A stretch of DNA of 64,000 bases from Candidatus Dormiibacterota bacterium (GTDB lineage Bacteria > Chloroflexota > Dormibacteria > Aeolococcales > Aeolococcaceae), in contig CAVPXI010000007.1 of the NCBI GenBank assembly GCA_963709585.1, positions 96,001 through 160,000 of the forward strand. Direction: 5' to 3'. Shown here piece by piece: positions 20,384 to 31,122 of the stretch (positions within the stretch are counted from its first letter, which is position 1; each line of letters begins with the position of its first letter). Below the pieces are notes generated by a model. That model saw nothing but the letters and a program-made list of their open reading frames with translations, had not been told where the DNA came from and ran no database searches. The position numbers were made by a program, and so were the translations under genes.

Positions 20384-21355
20384 TCAGACGATCGGGGTCA
20401 GCCAGTCCGCGTAGCGGTCGTTCTCGCCCTTGCAGACGCCGAAGTAGAGGTCCTGGAGCTTGCGGGTCAGCGGCCCGGGCGACCCCGAGCCGATCGCGCG
20501 CTGATCGATCTCGATGACCGCCGAAACCTCGGCGCCGGTGCCGCAGAGCAGGACCTCGTCGGCAACGTACAGCTCACTGCGGTCGATGGTGCGTTCGACG
20601 ACCTCGACGCCGAGTTCGTCACGCGCAAGGGTCATCAGCACCGAGCGCGTGATGCCCTCGACGATGTTCTCCGATGCCGGCGGCGTGATCAGCGTCCCGC
20701 GCCGGAGGATGAACAGGTTCTCCGCACTCCCCTCACAGACGTGGCCCTCCTGGGTCATGAGGATCGCCTCGTCGAACCCGTTGAGAAACGCCTCTGTCTT
20801 GGCCAGCGCGCTGTTGATGTAGATGCCCGTCGCCTTGGACCGCGCCGGCGCGACGTTGTCGTCGATGCGCCGCCAGCTCGAGACCTGACAACGAATCCCT
20901 CCGGTCGTGTCCACGTAAGCGCCGAACGGGACAGGGACGATCATGAACCCGTCGCGCAGGTTGTGAAATCGAATGCCGATCTCCTCGGTCGCCTTGTAGC
21001 AGAGCGGCCGCACGTACACGTCGGTGGTGAAGGCGTTGCGACGGAGCAGCTCGACGGTGATGTCGCACAGGTCGTCGACACTGTGGGGCAGCGCCATGTG
21101 GAGCATGCGTGCGTTGCCGGTCATGCGCGCGAAGTGATCGGCCATCCGGAAGACGTTGATGCGATGCTGCCGCTCGCTCCAGTACGCCCTGATTCCCTCG
21201 AAGCAGCCGGTCCCGTAATGGAGCGCGTGGGTGAGCAGGCCGAGATGTGCATCGCCGTACCTGCACAGCTCGCCCTCGAAGTACACCCACGTGTCCGCCT
21301 GTGCACGGCGAAGCTCGGACTGTGCGACGGGCGCCTTGGTCGGGATCTCAGTCAT
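20384..21355 (-). CDS. ilvE: Branched-chain amino acid aminotransferase (class IV)
   Basis: LHYGTGCFEGIRAY, KATGIYINS, EGSAEN, EGITR, GTGAEV. Confidence 0.93.
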   Translation of the reverse strand: MTEIPTKAPVAQSELRRAQADTWVYFEGELCRYGDAHLGLLTHALHYGTGCFEGIRAYWSERQHRINVFRMADHFARMTGNARMLHMALPHSVDDLCDITVELLRRNAFTTDVYVRPLCYKATEEIGIRFHNLRDGFMIVPVPFGAYVDTTGGIRCQVSSWRRIDDNVAPARSKATGIYINSALAKTEAFLNGFDEAILMTQEGHVCEGSAENLFILRRGTLITPPASENIVEGITRSVLMTLARDELGVEVVERTIDRSELYVADEVLLCGTGAEVSAVIEIDQRAIGSGSPGPLTRKLQDLYFGVCKGENDRYADWLTPIV

Positions 21356-22574
21356 CCGCACTTGCCTGGTCGGGTGCTTCGATAAGGTCCGCGAGATGCC
21401 TGATGAAGCCGCCGGCGACGCCTCCATCAGCGACGCGGTGATCGAAGACGAGTGAGAGCTCAACCACCGAGCGCGGCACCACGTAGTCGTCCACGACCCA
21501 GGGGCGGGTCGCGATCCGACCGACGCCGAGGATCGCCGCCTCTGGGGGATTGATGATCGCGGTGCCTCCGTCGACGCCGAAGGCACCGAAGTTGGAGACG
21601 GTGAAGGTGCTACCTCGGAGATCGGTCGCGTCGATGGACCCGTCGCGTGCCGCGCTCGCAAGCCGCTGGAGGTCATCGGCAATGCCTGGCAACGACTTGC
21701 TCTGCGCCTCGCGAATCACCGCAACGACGAGGCCGCGATCGGTCTGCACGGCCACCCCGAGGTGGATCGGTGTGAAGCGCACGATCTCGCTGGCCTCGGT
21801 GTCGAAATGGGCGTTGAGCCGGGGGAATTGCCGGAGCGCGATCACGCAGAGCCGCAGGATGATCGCGAAGGGTGTGACTGAGGCATCCGTGGTTCCGGGC
21901 GGCAGCTCCGCACGCAATTCCATGAGCCGGGTTGCGTCGGCGCGAACAAATGCGGTGGCGGTGGGCGCTTCGCGATGGGACCGGGTGAGCCGTTCCGCGG
22001 CGATCCGGTCGACGCCCGTGAGCGAAATGCGTTCGCCGCCCACAACTGTCGGAGGGCTTTGGTTTTCCGGTGTGGCGCCGTCGTGCCTCGAAGCACGCTC
22101 GAGGTCGGCCTGGGTCACCATGCCCCCGGGCCCGCTTCCCGCAATGGTCGCGAGGTCGACACCGAGCTCCGCAGCAAGCCGTCGAACCAGCGGCGAGGCC
22201 GGGGGTGACGGGGCGGACCGAGCCGATCCAGCCGTGCTTGCCGGCGCGACGCTCCGCCGCGAACGCGGCGCCGCTTCGCTGGTTCCGTAGCCGACGAGGA
22301 CGTTCCCCGACTCCGAGGCCGCAGAGGCGCCGGCGACCTCGATGCTGATCAGCGGCTTCCCCACCGCGATCATCTCGCCCTCGGCACCATGGAGGGTGGC
22401 GACGCGTCCCGCAAACGGCGTGGGCACCTCGACGACCGCCTTCTCGGTGGTGATCTCAGCGACCGGCTGGTCGACCGTGACCATGTCACCCTCGGCCACC
22501 AGCCAGCGGTTGACCTCCCCCTCGGTGAGCCCCTCGCCGAGGTCTGGCATGAGGAAGTCGCGAATCGCCGGCAT
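21348..22574 (-). CDS. 2-oxoacid dehydrogenase E2 dihydrolipoamide acyltransferase
   Basis: PDLGEGLTEG, lipoyl TEKA, ASPLVRRLA, FDHRVADG. Confidence 0.94.
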   Translation of the reverse strand: MPAIRDFLMPDLGEGLTEGEVNRWLVAEGDMVTVDQPVAEITTEKAVVEVPTPFAGRVATLHGAEGEMIAVGKPLISIEVAGASAASESGNVLVGYGTSEAAPRSRRSVAPASTAGSARSAPSPPASPLVRRLAAELGVDLATIAGSGPGGMVTQADLERASRHDGATPENQSPPTVVGGERISLTGVDRIAAERLTRSHREAPTATAFVRADATRLMELRAELPPGTTDASVTPFAIILRLCVIALRQFPRLNAHFDTEASEIVRFTPIHLGVAVQTDRGLVVAVIREAQSKSLPGIADDLQRLASAARDGSIDATDLRGSTFTVSNFGAFGVDGGTAIINPPEAAILGVGRIATRPWVVDDYVVPRSVVELSLVFDHRVADGGVAGGFIRHLADLIEAPDQASADD

Positions 22575-22577
22575 CGT

Positions 22578-23552
22578 TCAGTACTCGAGCAGTCGGGTGA
22601 CCGAGTCGAGGATGCGGTCGGCGTCGGGAAGGAAGTGGCGCTCGATCTTGGCCGACGGGTATGGGACGTCGAACCCGGTCACGCGCAACACCGGGGCCGC
22701 GAGATAGCCGAACGCGCGCTCGTTCAACTCGGCGGCGATCTCCGCGCCGTATCCGACGAAACGCGCCGCCTCGTGGACCACCAGAGCCCGTCCGGTCTTG
22801 GTGGCGCTCGCCACCAGCGTGTCCATGTCGACGGGCGACAGCGTTCGGACGTCGACCACCTCGAGCTCCCAGCCATGCTCCTCGTCGGCGCGCGTGGCCG
22901 CCTCCATCGCGGTGGTCACCATCGGTCCGTAGGCGATGACCGTCGCAGTCGTCCCGGTGCGGCGCACGACCGCCTCGCCGATCGGCGGGGCGGTCACCGG
23001 CAGCTCGAGGTCCTCCTTCAACCAGTAGCGGCGCTTCGGCTCGAGAAAGATGACCGGGTCGTCGAAGGCGATCGACGCGCGCAGCAGCGCGTAGGCGTCT
23101 GCGGGCGTCCCCGGCGAGACGACCGTGAGCCCCGCGGTGTGCGCGTAATAGGCCTCGGGACTTTCCGAATGGTGCTCGACGGCGCCGATGCCGCCCCCGT
23201 ATGGGATGCGGATCACCATCGGCAAACCGACACGGCCGCGGGTCCGGTTGCGGTACTTGGCGACGTGGCTGATCACCTGGTTGAGCGCGGGGTACGAGAA
23301 GCCGTCGAACTGCATCTCCACCACCGGACGCAGCCCGTAGATCGCCATGCCGATCGCCGTCCCCGCGATGCCCGACTCTGCGACCGGGGTGTCGAAGCAG
23401 CGGTCGGTGCCCATCTCCGCCTGGAGTCCGTCGGTGATGCGGAACACACCGCCCAGCTTGCCGACGTCCTCGCCGTAGACGACCACGGAGTCGTCGTCGC
23501 GCATCGAGTCGCGAAGGGCGGCGTTGAGGGCACCGGCCATGGTCAGGTCCAT
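22578..23552 (-). CDS. 2-oxoacid dehydrogenase E1 beta (PdhB/BkdB family)
   Basis: GEDVGKLGGVFRIT, DTPVAESG, EHHSESPE. Confidence 0.95.
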   Translation of the reverse strand: MDLTMAGALNAALRDSMRDDDSVVVYGEDVGKLGGVFRITDGLQAEMGTDRCFDTPVAESGIAGTAIGMAIYGLRPVVEMQFDGFSYPALNQVISHVAKYRNRTRGRVGLPMVIRIPYGGGIGAVEHHSESPEAYYAHTAGLTVVSPGTPADAYALLRASIAFDDPVIFLEPKRRYWLKEDLELPVTAPPIGEAVVRRTGTTATVIAYGPMVTTAMEAATRADEEHGWELEVVDVRTLSPVDMDTLVASATKTGRALVVHEAARFVGYGAEIAAELNERAFGYLAAPVLRVTGFDVPYPSAKIERHFLPDADRILDSVTRLLEY

Positions 23553-24670
23553 CAGCTCTGCTCGGCCGCCTGCAATTCCTGCGCGAGCAGCGCCCGCTGA
23601 CTGTCCAGCTGGGCGGTGGGCGTGGCGTAGACATGGTCGAACATCTCGCGCGGATCGCCGGCCGGAGCGCCGAAGAGAAAGTCACGCATGCGCGCTGCGG
23701 TCGCCTCGCCTTCGGCTTCGACCTCCGAGAGGAACGCGTCGTCGACGACGCCGCCCTCACGCAGCACCGCGAGGAAGCGTTCGACGGGATCCCGGGCGCG
23801 CCACTCGGCAGCCTCGTCGTCGCTGCGGTACCGGCTCGTGTCGTCAGCCGTGGTGTGCGCCTCGAGCCGGTAGGTCACGGCTTCGACGAGCGTCGGCCCG
23901 TCACCACGACGGGCACGGTCGACTGCCGTCTTCACGGCTCCGTAGACCGAGACGACGTCGTTGCCGTCAACGCGGATGCCCGGCATGCCGACGCCCGCCG
24001 CGCGCAACGCGATCGACGAGGTCCTGGTCTGGAGGCGATACGGAACGCTGATCGCGTACCCGTTGTTCTGGACGACGAACACGACCGGAGCCCCGCTCAC
24101 ACCGGCAATGTTCAGCGCTTCGTGGGCGTCACCCTCGCTGGCGGCTCCGTCGCCGAAGAAGGTCAACGCGACGATCGGATCGTGCTTGATCCGCGCGGCC
24201 ATCGCGAGACCGACCGCGTGCAACGCCTGAGTGGCCAGCGGAGTCGTCAGCGGAGCGACCCGGTACCGATAGGGGTCGAAGCCGCAGTGCCAGCTTCCCG
24301 AGAAGAGCGCGAGGAGCTCGACGACGTCGACCCCACGGGCGAACGTCCCCACCGTCTCGCGGTAGGTTGGAAAGAGCCAGTCGTCCGTCTCGAGCGCGAA
24401 GACCGCGCCGACCTGCGCCGCCTCCTGGCCGTGGCTCGAGGCGAAGACACCGAGCGCTCCCTGGCGGGTGAGGTTGATCGCCTGGCGATCGACCCGCCGG
24501 CTCAGCGCCATCAAGCGGTAGAGGGCGCGGAGCTGCTCCGTGGTCAGGTCGACGTCGTGGGACCGCGCGGCGCCGAGATCCCCCTCAGCGGCGACGTCCT
24601 GCCAGATCGCCGTCGACGGCCCCGGAAATGAGGACGGTCCGCTGGTCGCCGACGACACCTCCACACTCAC
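23552..24670 (-). CDS. 2-oxoacid dehydrogenase E1 alpha (PdhA/BkdA family)
   Basis: [16 protein letters not shown]...NNGYAIS TPP motif, HTTADD..RYR. Confidence 0.95.
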   Translation of the reverse strand: MSVEVSSATSGPSSFPGPSTAIWQDVAAEGDLGAARSHDVDLTTEQLRALYRLMALSRRVDRQAINLTRQGALGVFASSHGQEAAQVGAVFALETDDWLFPTYRETVGTFARGVDVVELLALFSGSWHCGFDPYRYRVAPLTTPLATQALHAVGLAMAARIKHDPIVALTFFGDGAASEGDAHEALNIAGVSGAPVVFVVQNNGYAISVPYRLQTRTSSIALRAAGVGMPGIRVDGNDVVSVYGAVKTAVDRARRGDGPTLVEAVTYRLEAHTTADDTSRYRSDDEAAEWRARDPVERFLAVLREGGVVDDAFLSEVEAEGEATAARMRDFLFGAPAGDPREMFDHVYATPTAQLDSQRALLAQELQAAEQS

Positions 24671-24681
24671 GTTGTTCGATC

Positions 24682-25494
<813 letters not shown>

Positions 25495-25505
25495 CTGAAC
25501 GCTGA

Positions 25506-26300
25506 CTACCGGCCGGTGAAGGCGGGATTGCGCTTCTCCTGGAACGCGGCGATGCCGTCCTGGTAATCGTGCGTCCGCGACGCGCGACCCTGGGCCGCGG
25601 CCTCGGCGGCGAGCAGGTCCGCGAATGTCGGCGATTCGTCCTGGATCATCCGGACGATGCGTTTGGACTCGAGGAAGGCGGACGTCGGACCGTGGGCAAT
25701 CGTACCGGCCATCTCGCGAGTCCGGCGAACGAGGTCGGCGCCGGCGACGCTGCGGTTCACCAGGCCCCATTCCGCCGCTTCGCGTCCGGACAGCAGCCGC
25801 CCGGTATAGATCAGCTCGAGGGTGCGGTGCGGCCCGATCCGGGACACCAGGGCCACATGCGCGCCGCTGTCCAGGACTGCGCCGATGCGGGCGAACGGCG
25901 AACCGATCCGGGCGTCATCGGCGGCGTACACGATGTCGCAGGCGAGTGCGAGGCCGAGACCGGTTCCGAGGCAGGCGCCTTGGACGGCGGCGATCGTCGG
26001 GACGGCGAGCCCGGCCATCCGCGCCATGAGCGGGTTGAACTCGTCGCGGAGGATCGCCTCGCCATCTTCGTGGGCCGGATCCGCGCTGGCGAGGTCACGT
26101 CCGCTGCAGAACGCGCGGCCCTCGCCACGAACGAGCACGGCCCGAGCCCCGGCGGTCTCCGCCGCGTCAAGGCTCTCGAGGAGCTCCCGCACCATCACGG
26201 CGCTCATCGCGTTCAGCTTGTCTGGACGATCGAGCATCAGCTCGGCAACGCCGCCCTCGATGGTCAGGCGGACCGTGCGGCCCTGCTCAGATTCCGGCAT
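25506..26300 (-). CDS. Enoyl-CoA hydratase/isomerase, PaaG-like
   Basis: [26 protein letters not shown] (catalytic Asp position as in PaaG); paa context. Confidence 0.88.
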   Translation of the reverse strand: MPESEQGRTVRLTIEGGVAELMLDRPDKLNAMSAVMVRELLESLDAAETAGARAVLVRGEGRAFCSGRDLASADPAHEDGEAILRDEFNPLMARMAGLAVPTIAAVQGACLGTGLGLALACDIVYAADDARIGSPFARIGAVLDSGAHVALVSRIGPHRTLELIYTGRLLSGREAAEWGLVNRSVAGADLVRRTREMAGTIAHGPTSAFLESKRIVRMIQDESPTFADLLAAEAAAQGRASRTHDYQDGIAAFQEKRNPAFTGR

Positions 26301-26754
26301 AGGGCGCCCGCTCCCTGGCGGTGAGAATCTTCAGCTGGCTGGCGCAGACGGTGACCCCGTTCTGGTTGAGCACGTCCCAGCGATACGAGACCAGCCCCGA
26401 TTTCGCGTCGCGGTCCGACTTCTCGAGCACCTCGATGTCGAGGTAGATGGTGTCGTTGATCCACGTCGGTGCGGTGTAGCGCAGTCGATCGGTGCCGTAG
26501 TTGGCGAGGATTGTGGTCGCGTCGCTCGGTACACCGAGACCAGTTCCGAGCGCAAACACCATGATTCCGGGCGCGACCCGCTGACCGAACATCGATCGCT
26601 CCGCCGCGACTCTGTCGATGTGGGGGTAGAACCAGTCGCCGGTCAGCGCGCACCAGTTGACGATGTCCGTCTCGGTGATGGTTCGTCCCCGGGTGCGCTG
26701 GGTCTGGCCGACCTCCAGCTCGTCGTAGGTCCGGTACAGAAGAAACCGATCCAC
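26287..26754 (-). CDS. MaoC/PaaZ C-terminal-like hotdog dehydratase
   Basis: RTITETD...LTGDWFYPH, FGQRVAPG, LANYG. Confidence 0.88.
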   Translation of the reverse strand: MDRFLLYRTYDELEVGQTQRTRGRTITETDIVNWCALTGDWFYPHIDRVAAERSMFGQRVAPGIMVFALGTGLGVPSDATTILANYGTDRLRYTAPTWINDTIYLDIEVLEKSDRDAKSGLVSYRWDVLNQNGVTVCASQLKILTARERAPYAGI

Positions 26755-26804
26755 CCCGATATGCCTCCGTGCGCCGGCGTGTTCGACCGGCGGGCTGGGG
26801 AAGT

Positions 26805-28115
26805 CTACGACCGGCGGTCGATCACCCGCTGGAGCTTGCCGGCCGAGCGTTCGAGGGTCTCGGGGTCGACGACCTCCACCAGGACGGTGACCCCCACCCG
26901 ATCCTTGACCTCGCGAGCCAGCGCCTCCGCGGCCGGGTCGCGGCGCTCGGGAGGGCAGTCGGAGCGAGCTTCGACGCGCACCGACAGCGTGTCGAGGCGC
27001 CCCGCGCGCCCGAGGATCAGCTGGAAGTGTGGCGAGAGACCGGCGGTGCGGAGGACGAGTTCCTCGAGCTGGGTGGGAAAGACGTTGACGCCGCGCAGGA
27101 TGATCATGTCGTCGCTGCGCCCGGTCACCTTCTCCATGCGCCGGAACGCCGGTCGCGCCGTCCCCGGGAGCAGCCGGGTGAGATCGCGCGTGCGGTAGCG
27201 GACCATGGGCAGCGCCTGCTTGGTCAGCGATGTGAAGACCAGCTCGCCGAGCTCGCCGTCAGGGAGCACCTCGCCAGTGACCGGGTCGATCACCTCGGGA
27301 TAAAAATGGTCCTCCCAGATGTGCAGGCCATCCTTGGTCTCGACGCACTCCTGTGAGACGCCGGGACCCATGACCTCCGACAGCCCATAGATGTCCACGG
27401 CGTGCATCTCCGCGCGGCCCTCGATCTCGGCGCGCATCGCCTCGGTCCACGGTTCCGCACCGAAGATGCCGATACGCAACGAGCACGTCCGCGGGTCCAC
27501 GCCCTGGCGTTCGAACTCGTCGATGAGGGCGAGCATGTACGACGGCGTCACCATGATGATCGCGGGCTCGAAGTCACGGATCAACTGCACCTGGCGCGGG
27601 GTCATCCCGCCGGAGACGGGCACGACGGTGCAGCCGAGGCGCTCAGCGCCGTAGTGCGCGCCCAGCCCGCCGGTGAACAGGCCATAGCCGTAGGCGACGT
27701 GGACGATGTCGCCGCTGCGCCCGCCGGCTGCGCGGATGGACCGCGCCATGAGGTCCGCCCAGGTGTCGAGATCGTCCTGGGTGTAGCCGACGACCGTCGG
27801 GCGCCCGGTGGTCCCGCTCGACGCGTGGACGCGGCGCACCTCTTGACGGGGGACGGCGAACATGCCGAACGGGTAGTTGTCGCGGAGATCTGTCTTGGTG
27901 GTCAAGGGAAATCGCGCGAGGTCGGCGAGCGTTTCGCAGTCTTTGGGCGTGACCCCCGCGGACTCGAATGCGCGGCGGTAATGGGGGACGTTGGCGTAGG
28001 CGTGATGCAACGACCAGCGCAGACGCTGGAGCTGCAGCTCGAGCAGGGCATCACGGCTCAGGCGTTCACCCGGATCGAGAAGCCACGGTGGCGGCGCGGT
28101 GCCCAGGCTGCTCAC
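26805..28115 (-). CDS. paaK: Phenylacetate-CoA ligase
   Basis: HASSGTTGRP, YGYGLFTGGLG, DIYGLSEVMGPG, GRSDDM. Confidence 0.96.
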   Translation of the reverse strand: MSSLGTAPPPWLLDPGERLSRDALLELQLQRLRWSLHHAYANVPHYRRAFESAGVTPKDCETLADLARFPLTTKTDLRDNYPFGMFAVPRQEVRRVHASSGTTGRPTVVGYTQDDLDTWADLMARSIRAAGGRSGDIVHVAYGYGLFTGGLGAHYGAERLGCTVVPVSGGMTPRQVQLIRDFEPAIIMVTPSYMLALIDEFERQGVDPRTCSLRIGIFGAEPWTEAMRAEIEGRAEMHAVDIYGLSEVMGPGVSQECVETKDGLHIWEDHFYPEVIDPVTGEVLPDGELGELVFTSLTKQALPMVRYRTRDLTRLLPGTARPAFRRMEKVTGRSDDMIILRGVNVFPTQLEELVLRTAGLSPHFQLILGRAGRLDTLSVRVEARSDCPPERRDPAAEALAREVKDRVGVTVLVEVVDPETLERSAGKLQRVIDRRS

Positions 28116-28510
28116 GCGCGATCCGTCCCGACCGTGCGGCTGGTACCACGGAATTCCGCGATGACGTCGTCGCCGTGGCGCACGGTCACGTCGTAGATTC
28201 CCGAGCGCCCGAAACGGGCTCGCTCGACGGCGCGGGCTTCGAGCACGTCGCCGGCACGCGACGGTGCGACAAAGGTGATGACGGCCGCGGCCGCGACCGT
28301 CATCGGGCCATGGCTGTTGCACGCACAGGCGAACGCGGTGTCGGCGACAGCGAACACGAACGCCCCGTGGGTGATGCCGTGGCCGTTCACCATGTCCGCG
28401 CGGATCGCCATGGTGGCGGTGGCGGCGCCGACTTCGACGTCGCGCACCTCAATGCCGAGTGCCCGTGACGCGGCGTCGCCCGCGAGCATCCGGGTCACCG
28501 AATCAGTCAC
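28112..28510 (-). CDS. paaI: PaaI thioesterase
   Basis: NGHGITHGA.VF..ADTAFACACNS, AEFRG. Confidence 0.93.
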   Translation of the reverse strand: MTDSVTRMLAGDAASRALGIEVRDVEVGAATATMAIRADMVNGHGITHGAFVFAVADTAFACACNSHGPMTVAAAAVITFVAPSRAGDVLEARAVERARFGRSGIYDVTVRHGDDVIAEFRGTSRTVGTDRA

Positions 28511-28549
28511 CGATCCTCCCCTGCGTGCGCTCGTGTCGCCTTCGGATGT

Positions 28550-29143
28550 TCAGATCGTTATTGTGGTGCGCTCGACAGCGGCCACCGCGCCCGGGGCGCC
28601 TCCGAGGGTCACGCGCGCCGATGCGCGTCTGCCGCCGAGATAGAGAACGAGTTCGGTTGCCGGACCGTTGAGCGTTGCCGTGCCCCCCGAGCCATACCGT
28701 CGCCGCCCACCGTCAGGACGAACCAGTTCGAGCCCGTAGGGTCGGATGCGTCGCGCGAGGCGCCGCGCAGAGAAACGGACCATCCGCCATGACAGCGCCT
28801 CGAGGTCAGCCATCGGTGCGCGTGGATCACGACCGTTGGCGCGGCGGACGTCCTCGTGATGGATGAAGTATTCCAAGCCGTTCAACACATTTCGAATGCG
28901 CGGAAGACGCCAGGGAATCAGGGGGGCTCCGGCACGCAGACGGGCGACCATTGCGGGAAGCCCGTTGGCTTTCTCCACCGCGCGCTGGGCGTCGGACCAG
29001 CGGTGGAAATGCTCTCGGAGTACCAGGTGTGCAGCGAGGTCGGCAGTGGTCCAGCCCTCGCACAACGTGGGTGCGTCGGGACCGAGTTCGAGCAGGAGAT
29101 CGCAAAGCTCCGTGCGTTCGCGGACGTCGATCGGCGCGGTCAT
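28550..29143 (-). CDS. TIGR03085/MDMPI-like metal-binding protein
   Basis: GPDAPTLCEGW...DLAAHL, EYFIHHEDVRRA. Confidence 0.85.
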   Translation of the reverse strand: MTAPIDVRERTELCDLLLELGPDAPTLCEGWTTADLAAHLVLREHFHRWSDAQRAVEKANGLPAMVARLRAGAPLIPWRLPRIRNVLNGLEYFIHHEDVRRANGRDPRAPMADLEALSWRMVRFSARRLARRIRPYGLELVRPDGGRRRYGSGGTATLNGPATELVLYLGGRRASARVTLGGAPGAVAAVERTTITI

Positions 29144-29205
29144 CGGGGTGGGCAGCGTACCTGCTCGAGGGATCCGCCTCGATGCGCCGGCGTCGGGTCC
29201 GGGGT

Positions 29206-29541
29206 TCAGCCGAAGAAGCGCCGGCGCTTCCCAACCCCTGCCATGCGCAACACCGCGAGCAGGATGACCGCGCCCGCGAACGCGATGACGATTTCCACGA
29301 TGATCGAGCGGCTCGTGATGGCGGTGGTGACCCCGAGATATCGGGCAAGAAGTCCCCCCGCCAGGGCGCCGATGATTCCGATCACGATGTCGGTGACGAT
29401 TCCCTTACCGCGGCCGGTCATCACCTTGCTCGCCAGGAAGCCCGCGACCAGACCGATCAACGCCCAAACGAGGATCGAACCCGGGTCGAATGTCACGGAT
29501 ACCAGTGCAAGCATTGTTGGTGCGCCCTCCGCAGCCGTCAT
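29206..29541 (-). CDS. GlsB/YeaQ/YmgE (transglycosylase-associated) membrane protein
   Basis: IGLVAGFLA..., DIVIGIIGALAGG, AFAGAVILL. Confidence 0.87.
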   Translation of the reverse strand: MTAAEGAPTMLALVSVTFDPGSILVWALIGLVAGFLASKVMTGRGKGIVTDIVIGIIGALAGGLLARYLGVTTAITSRSIIVEIVIAFAGAVILLAVLRMAGVGKRRRFFG

Positions 29542-29545
29542 CGAT

Positions 29546-29986
29546 TTACCTGGCGGTCGTCGCGTTACGAGCCGAGATCAGGGTGACAACCTTCACGATC
29601 GCGGTCGCCACAAGCACGTAGATGACAATGGCCAGGACGTCGGCCCACACGATCAGGTTGCCGCGAGCGGCGGTTGCCGTGTTGAAGATACCGGCGAACG
29701 GGCTCGCCAGTGCCTTGCCGACGGCGAAGACGAACGCCGCGAAGCCGACGTCGTTCGCTCCCGAGGCATGGAAGATGAAGTCGAGAGCGAGGAACGCGAC
29801 AACGATTCCGGCGATGAGCCAGACGAACTCGACTCCCGGAGATTTGCCTGACCACACAGCGGTCCTGCTCCGGCGCACGCTCGCTCCGGTGGCTGGATCA
29901 GCAACGGTCTGGGTCGTGGTGTTGACCCCGGTCCGGTTCGATCCGTAATCCGTGACGGCTTGATCCTGGGTCTGCATGTCGGTCAT
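29546..29986 (-). CDS. YggT-like small membrane protein
   Basis: AAGGAG RBS; three hydrophobic segments; GAN...F...LASPFAGIF. Confidence 0.7.
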   Translation of the reverse strand: MTDMQTQDQAVTDYGSNRTGVNTTTQTVADPATGASVRRSRTAVWSGKSPGVEFVWLIAGIVVAFLALDFIFHASGANDVGFAAFVFAVGKALASPFAGIFNTATAARGNLIVWADVLAIVIYVLVATAIVKVVTLISARNATTAR

Positions 29987-30103
29987 GGGGTGGCTCCTTC
30001 GTGGACGCTCGTCAGTGAAAACCGTTCCGCCTGCGGTCCCACGTGAAGTCAGTGTGTCGCGGAGAGCGCAACAATTTCAGTAACAGCGACGCATTGTGCC
30101 GTG

Positions 30104-30466
30104 CTATCCGGGAGGGACGAGCACAACCGCCGGAGCAACACCGGCGAGGCCATCGATGCGCCGGCAGGCCAACTCCCAGAAGCCCAGGCGCGATCGGAAC
30201 CGTTCCGCCTGGGCAACGACGACGGGCACGTTGGTGAGCGCGACCTCCTGCCGAGCTTGCGGCGACTGATCGGCCATCAGCTCATGAATGCGCTCCAGGA
30301 CCGACTCCTCCATCGCGAGGATCTCCGTGTAGATCTCTCTCCAGAACAGCGCTTGCTCGAGCGTCGCGGTGGCAGGATCGGCTTCTCCTTCCATGCCCAG
30401 CGAGTTGTCGCCACCCCGTATCGCGGCGACCACGTCGGGTCGCTCGTAGGCGGCGTTGTGATTCAT
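30104..30466 (-). CDS. Hypothetical helical protein, paralog of the N-terminal domain of the divergent regulator
   Basis: 120 aa; EGE...W.EIY...LER...AQ...RL..W pattern shared with 30528..31089. Confidence 0.75.
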   Translation of the reverse strand: MNHNAAYERPDVVAAIRGGDNSLGMEGEADPATATLEQALFWREIYTEILAMEESVLERIHELMADQSPQARQEVALTNVPVVVAQAERFRSRLGFWELACRRIDGLAGVAPAVVLVPPG

Positions 30467-30527
30467 GGTCTTCTCATACACCCGCCGGCGTAAGAAGATC
30501 AGCAACAGCTTCCGTATAGTCTCGGCC

Positions 30528-31089
30528 GTGGCAACCGGCGGCGAGACACCGGCGACACGCCCGCTCGAGGGCGAGGACATCCAGACGGAGCACTGGGAAG
30601 ACGCTCGCCACTGGATGAGCATCTACGATGACCTGATCCGTTTCAAGCTGGGCCTGCTCGAGCGCGTGAAACGCGAACTGCCCAAGCTGCATCCGGTGGC
30701 GCAGACCGCCGCCGACGAGGACATCGGCTTCATCGAAGCGCAGATGGCGGGGTACTACGCCCGCCTTGACCTCTGGTATCAACGAGTTCTGGCAACTCCA
30801 GGGCCTCTGGCTCGACCCGAACGGACGCGTCGTGCGCCACAAGGGGCAGGAGGCCGTTCTGACCCATCGGGAGTTCGAGCTCCTGCAGTTCCTCCTGGAT
30901 CATCCCCATCGCTTTTACACGGCGGCGCAGATCACCGGGCTGGCGTGGTCGGATGCCGCGCTCTTCCCCGAGGAGGTCCGAAACTATGTTCTGCGCATCA
31001 GGAAGATCCTCGCGCGTCTCGCGATCCCCTGCGACCTGGTGAACAAGCCCGGTAAGGGCTACTCGCTGACCTTCCGGAATACCGAGTAG
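30528..31089 (+). CDS. Regulator: unrecognised N-terminal helical domain plus OmpR/PhoB-type winged helix; frameshift near 30787
   Basis: C-terminal LTHREFELLQFL...W...VRNYVLRIRK...PGKGY; TATAGT 7 nt before GTG. Confidence 0.82.
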
Positions 31090-31122
31090 CCGACCTCAGG
31101 CGAAGCGTCCATCGCCGCTACG

